A DNA stretch of 18,708 nt from Thermoplasmatota archaeon (GTDB taxonomy: Archaea > Thermoplasmatota > E2 > DHVEG-1): assembly GCA_022848765.1 (NCBI GenBank), contig JAJISJ010000019.1:1-18708 (forward strand), given 5' to 3'. Under the pieces are notes generated by a model. The model did no database searches. It was not told the DNA's origin and saw only the letters and a program-made list of their open reading frames with translations. Below are positions 16,427 through 18,708 of the stretch, one piece after another. Every line of letters starts with the position of its first letter. Position 1 is the stretch's first letter. A program made the position numbers and the translations under genes.

Positions 16427-17677
16427 ATGGAAAAAAAAATCATTAGAGATTCTATACATGGAAATATTAAAATTAAAGATTATTTCATTGAACTGTTAAA
16501 TTCACCTGAACTACAAAGACTATATAACATAAAACAATTAGGTTTCGCACAATTAGTATTTCCTGGTGCACATCATTCAAGACTCGAACATTCATTAGGA
16601 GCATATTTTATTGCATCTGAATTATCTGAAGCTATTAATTTAAATGAAGAAGAAAAAAACATTATAAAATGTGCTGCGTTACTACACGATATTGGGCATG
16701 GCCCATTTTCTCATACTTTTGAAATGATACTTGAAAATTCATTAGAAATAAATCACGTTGAATTAACACATAGACTCATCTTTGGAAATTATGAAATAAT
16801 CAGTAATGAAGAAAAGGATCATATATTACATCCAAATGTCAATGAAATTTTAGAAAAAGAAAATATCGATAAAAAATTATTATCAGATATAATAAAAGGA
16901 AAAAAAATAAATAAAATGTACCTAAGTGAGATTTTAAATAGCGCAATAGACGTCGATCAGTTAGATTATTTAATCAGAGACGCCTTTTATACAGGAGTTG
17001 CATATGGTATTATTGATATCCAACGTTATATTCAAACATTAATAATTTTTAATGAAAAATTAGCAATTAAAAAAAAAGGAATAGGTGTGATTGAAAACAT
17101 ATTAATGGCAAGAAATTTAATGTATTCCTCAGTATATTTTCATAAAACTGTTCGAATTGCAGAACTGATGTTATTAAAAGCATTAGAAATGGTATCTAAT
17201 TTGAATCCTCTTGATTTCTTTAAAAAAACTGACCTTGAAATATTGAATTATTTAAAAAATGCAGGCTCATTCCAAAATAAGATAATAACTTACTTAAAAT
17301 ATAGAAATTTATTCAAACAATCATATTCAATTTCCTGTTTAAATCTGGATGAATCTAGAAAAAAAATTATAAATTTATTAGGAGAAAATGATTTAAAAAA
17401 AGAAAAAGAAATTGAAATTGAAAATGCTTTAAATATCCCTCATGGTAATATTATTATAGATATTCCCTTCAATGAAATTAATAAAACTGAACCAAGGATT
17501 AATAAAACAGATATTACAATATTGGAGGGCAATAAGCAAAAAATGATAAGTGATTTTACACCAGTTGCAGAGGCAATTAAATCAAAAATCATTCCAGATT
17601 GGGCTTTGATGATAATAACTGATGAAAAATATCGTGAAATAGTTACAAAAAAAGCTGAAAAATTATTATTCAATTAA
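16427..17677 (+). CDS. HD-domain metal-dependent phosphohydrolase (COG1078, dGTPase/SAMHD1-like)
   Basis: 416 aa with I.DSIHG.I, ELQRL..IKQLG, HSRLEHSLGAY, LLHDIGHGPFSH, DQLDYLIRD and VYFHK, the typical motif order of this family. Confidence 0.8.
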   Translation: MEKKIIRDSIHGNIKIKDYFIELLNSPELQRLYNIKQLGFAQLVFPGAHHSRLEHSLGAYFIASELSEAINLNEEEKNIIKCAALLHDIGHGPFSHTFEMILENSLEINHVELTHRLIFGNYEIISNEEKDHILHPNVNEILEKENIDKKLLSDIIKGKKINKMYLSEILNSAIDVDQLDYLIRDAFYTGVAYGIIDIQRYIQTLIIFNEKLAIKKKGIGVIENILMARNLMYSSVYFHKTVRIAELMLLKALEMVSNLNPLDFFKKTDLEILNYLKNAGSFQNKIITYLKYRNLFKQSYSISCLNLDESRKKIINLLGENDLKKEKEIEIENALNIPHGNIIIDIPFNEINKTEPRINKTDITILEGNKQKMISDFTPVAEAIKSKIIPDWALMIITDEKYREIVTKKAEKLLFN

Positions 17678-17763
17678 TTTTTTCTAATAGTTATCTTTAT
17701 CTTTTTTTATATTACCGTAATTCATATATGCTAATAATTTATCTTGGTAAAAGTGAAATATTA

Positions 17764-18708
17764 ATGTCTCAAAAATTGTTTATAACAATTGAAGAAATTT
17801 TTAGAACTAGTATTACCAATAATACTATAAAAGTTCGTGGTTGGATATATCGAACTCGGAGCAGTGGAAATATTGTATTTATAATGCTAAGAGATTCTAC
17901 AGGATATTTACAAGCAACTATTAAAAAAGATAATATTGGGGAAAAAGAATTTAAAGATGCCAAAAAATCTTTAGTAGAATCATCTGTTGAACTTGAAGGG
18001 GTAATTAAAGAAGATAAACGTGCACCAGGAGGTTATGAGCTACAAACATTGGGTTTTAAAATAATTCAATTTGCAGAACCTTTCCCTATTGTAGAAGATC
18101 AAAGCCCAGAATTTTTATTAGATAAAAGACATCTTTGGATTAGATCACAAAAACTAACCTCGATAATGAAAATAAGATCAACAGTTGTTGGAGCTATACA
18201 CAATTTTTTTAGAGAAAGAGGTTTTTTTGAATTTGACGCTCCAATTTTACAACCAACTCAAACTGAAGGAGGATCGACATTATTTGAAGTTAAATATTAT
18301 AATAAAAAAACATTTCTAGCACAAACATGGCAACTTTATGCTGAAGCGGCAATTTTTTCACTTGAAAAAATTTACAATATGGGTCCAACTTTTAGAGCTG
18401 AAAAATCAAAAACATCAAGACATCTTTCTGAATTTTGGATGGCTGAAATGGAAGTTGCTTGGATGGATTTAAATGAAGTCATTAATATTGCAAAGGATGA
18501 AATTAAATATATTCTAGTTGATGTTTTAAAAAATAATAAAAAAGATCTTGAAATATTAAATCAAGATTATAATAAATTAAAGAAAATTTCAAATTCAAAA
18601 TTCCCTACAATTACATACTCTGAAGCTATTGAAATCCTTAAAAAAAAGGAAAATATGATTATAGATTGGGGGAAAGATCTTAGAACTATAGAAGAAGATA
18701 AATTATTA
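17764..18708 (+). CDS. asnS: asparaginyl-tRNA synthetase, archaeal/eukaryal type (5' partial, continues beyond the window)
   Basis: This ORF is not in the supplied track because it has no stop codon. My own translation from ATG 17764 gives 315 open codons up to the window edge. It has an OB-fold N-terminus (VRGWIYRTRSSGNIVFIMLRDSTGYLQA..., EGVIKEDKRAPGGYEL), then LLDKRHLWIRS, EGGSTLF and class II motif 2, GPTFRAEKSKTSRHLSEFWMAEMEVAW. The TSRHL.EFWM form is AsnRS-like rather than AspRS-like. Confidence 0.85.
   Translation, partial: MSQKLFITIEEIFRTSITNNTIKVRGWIYRTRSSGNIVFIMLRDSTGYLQATIKKDNIGEKEFKDAKKSLVESSVELEGVIKEDKRAPGGYELQTLGFKIIQFAEPFPIVEDQSPEFLLDKRHLWIRSQKLTSIMKIRSTVVGAIHNFFRERGFFEFDAPILQPTQTEGGSTLFEVKYYNKKTFLAQTWQLYAEAAIFSLEKIYNMGPTFRAEKSKTSRHLSEFWMAEMEVAWMDLNEVINIAKDEIKYILVDVLKNNKKDLEILNQDYNKLKKISNSKFPTITYSEAIEILKKKENMIIDWGKDLRTIEEDKLL

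Noticed and set aside
329-17673. Short ORFs from the six-frame track that are antisense to or overlap other genes: 329-511, 2227-2412, 3825-4049, 4221-4403, 6468-6656, 7191-7379, 7810-8016, 15850-16035 and 17440-17673
   Set aside because: Each lies entirely inside, and antisense to, a gene with a strong family-level identity. Their translations are low-complexity I/L/F/S-rich strings, as expected from the complement of AT-rich coding sequence. None has a plausible RBS or promoter.
16427-17677. The HD-domain dNTPase-like protein as an antiviral dNTP-depletion defence gene
   Set aside because: This family (COG1078) is widely conserved as a single housekeeping gene in archaea. Here it sits between gap-like and asnS, with no partner genes, mobility genes or compositional anomaly.
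17769-17963. 64-aa minus-strand ORF, the only ORF the track offers in this region
   Set aside because: The plus strand carries a 315-codon open frame (AsnRS) that the track omits for lack of a stop codon. The minus ORF is its antisense shadow.
1-18708. CRISPR arrays, transposases or integrases, terminal inverted repeats, long direct repeats, and toxin-antitoxin or other defence cassettes
   Set aside because: None was found by reading both strands. All spacers are under 250 nt and AT-rich, and every long ORF has a housekeeping identity. A computational repeat search could still reveal short dispersed repeats that I cannot see by eye.

Overview
This is an AT-rich, tightly packed (roughly 90% coding) archaeal chromosomal window, and almost all of it is core housekeeping. 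The archaeal assignment rests on the rpl7ae-rps28e-rpl24e cluster, RadB, an Sm-like protein, an archaeal-type PheRS beta subunit and an archaeal-type AsnRS.

Gene order, left to right:
- 3'-truncated carbamate kinase
- protein-L-isoaspartate methyltransferase
- adenosine-specific-kinase-like protein
- L24e, S28e and L7Ae
- radical SAM protein
- RadB
- TtuA/Ncs6-type tRNA thiolase
- histidine ammonia-lyase
- PheT
- metallophosphoesterase
- bacterial-type glutaminyl-tRNA synthetase, with tRNA-Gln(CUG) directly upstream of it
- MscS channel
- urocanate hydratase
- orphan GC-rich structured element
- SmAP
- divergent archaeal-type GAPDH-family dehydrogenase
- HD-domain (SAMHD1/dGTPase-like) phosphohydrolase
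- 5' 945 nt of AsnRS, which runs off the right edge and is missing from the supplied ORF track because it has no stop codon

I found no CRISPR array, transposase, integrase, toxin-antitoxin pair or recognisable multi-gene defence or accessory island, and I do not claim a new multi-gene system.

The observations worth following up are:
1. A GlnRS gene in an archaeal context, paired with a tRNA-Gln whose acceptor end (G1:U72 wobble, G73) looks adapted to it. AsnRS is also present, which suggests direct aminoacylation in place of the amidotransferase routes.
2. A ~75-nt, 54% GC hairpin island in an otherwise very AT-rich spacer, likely an unclassified small RNA.
3. A histidine ammonia-lyase whose MIO-forming triad reads Ala-Cys-Gly instead of Ala-Ser-Gly.
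4. A compositional break at the left edge that truncates carbamate kinase.
5. Nested palindromes at the hutH promoter, and a structured L7Ae leader.

All functional calls come from motif recognition by eye. No database search was possible.
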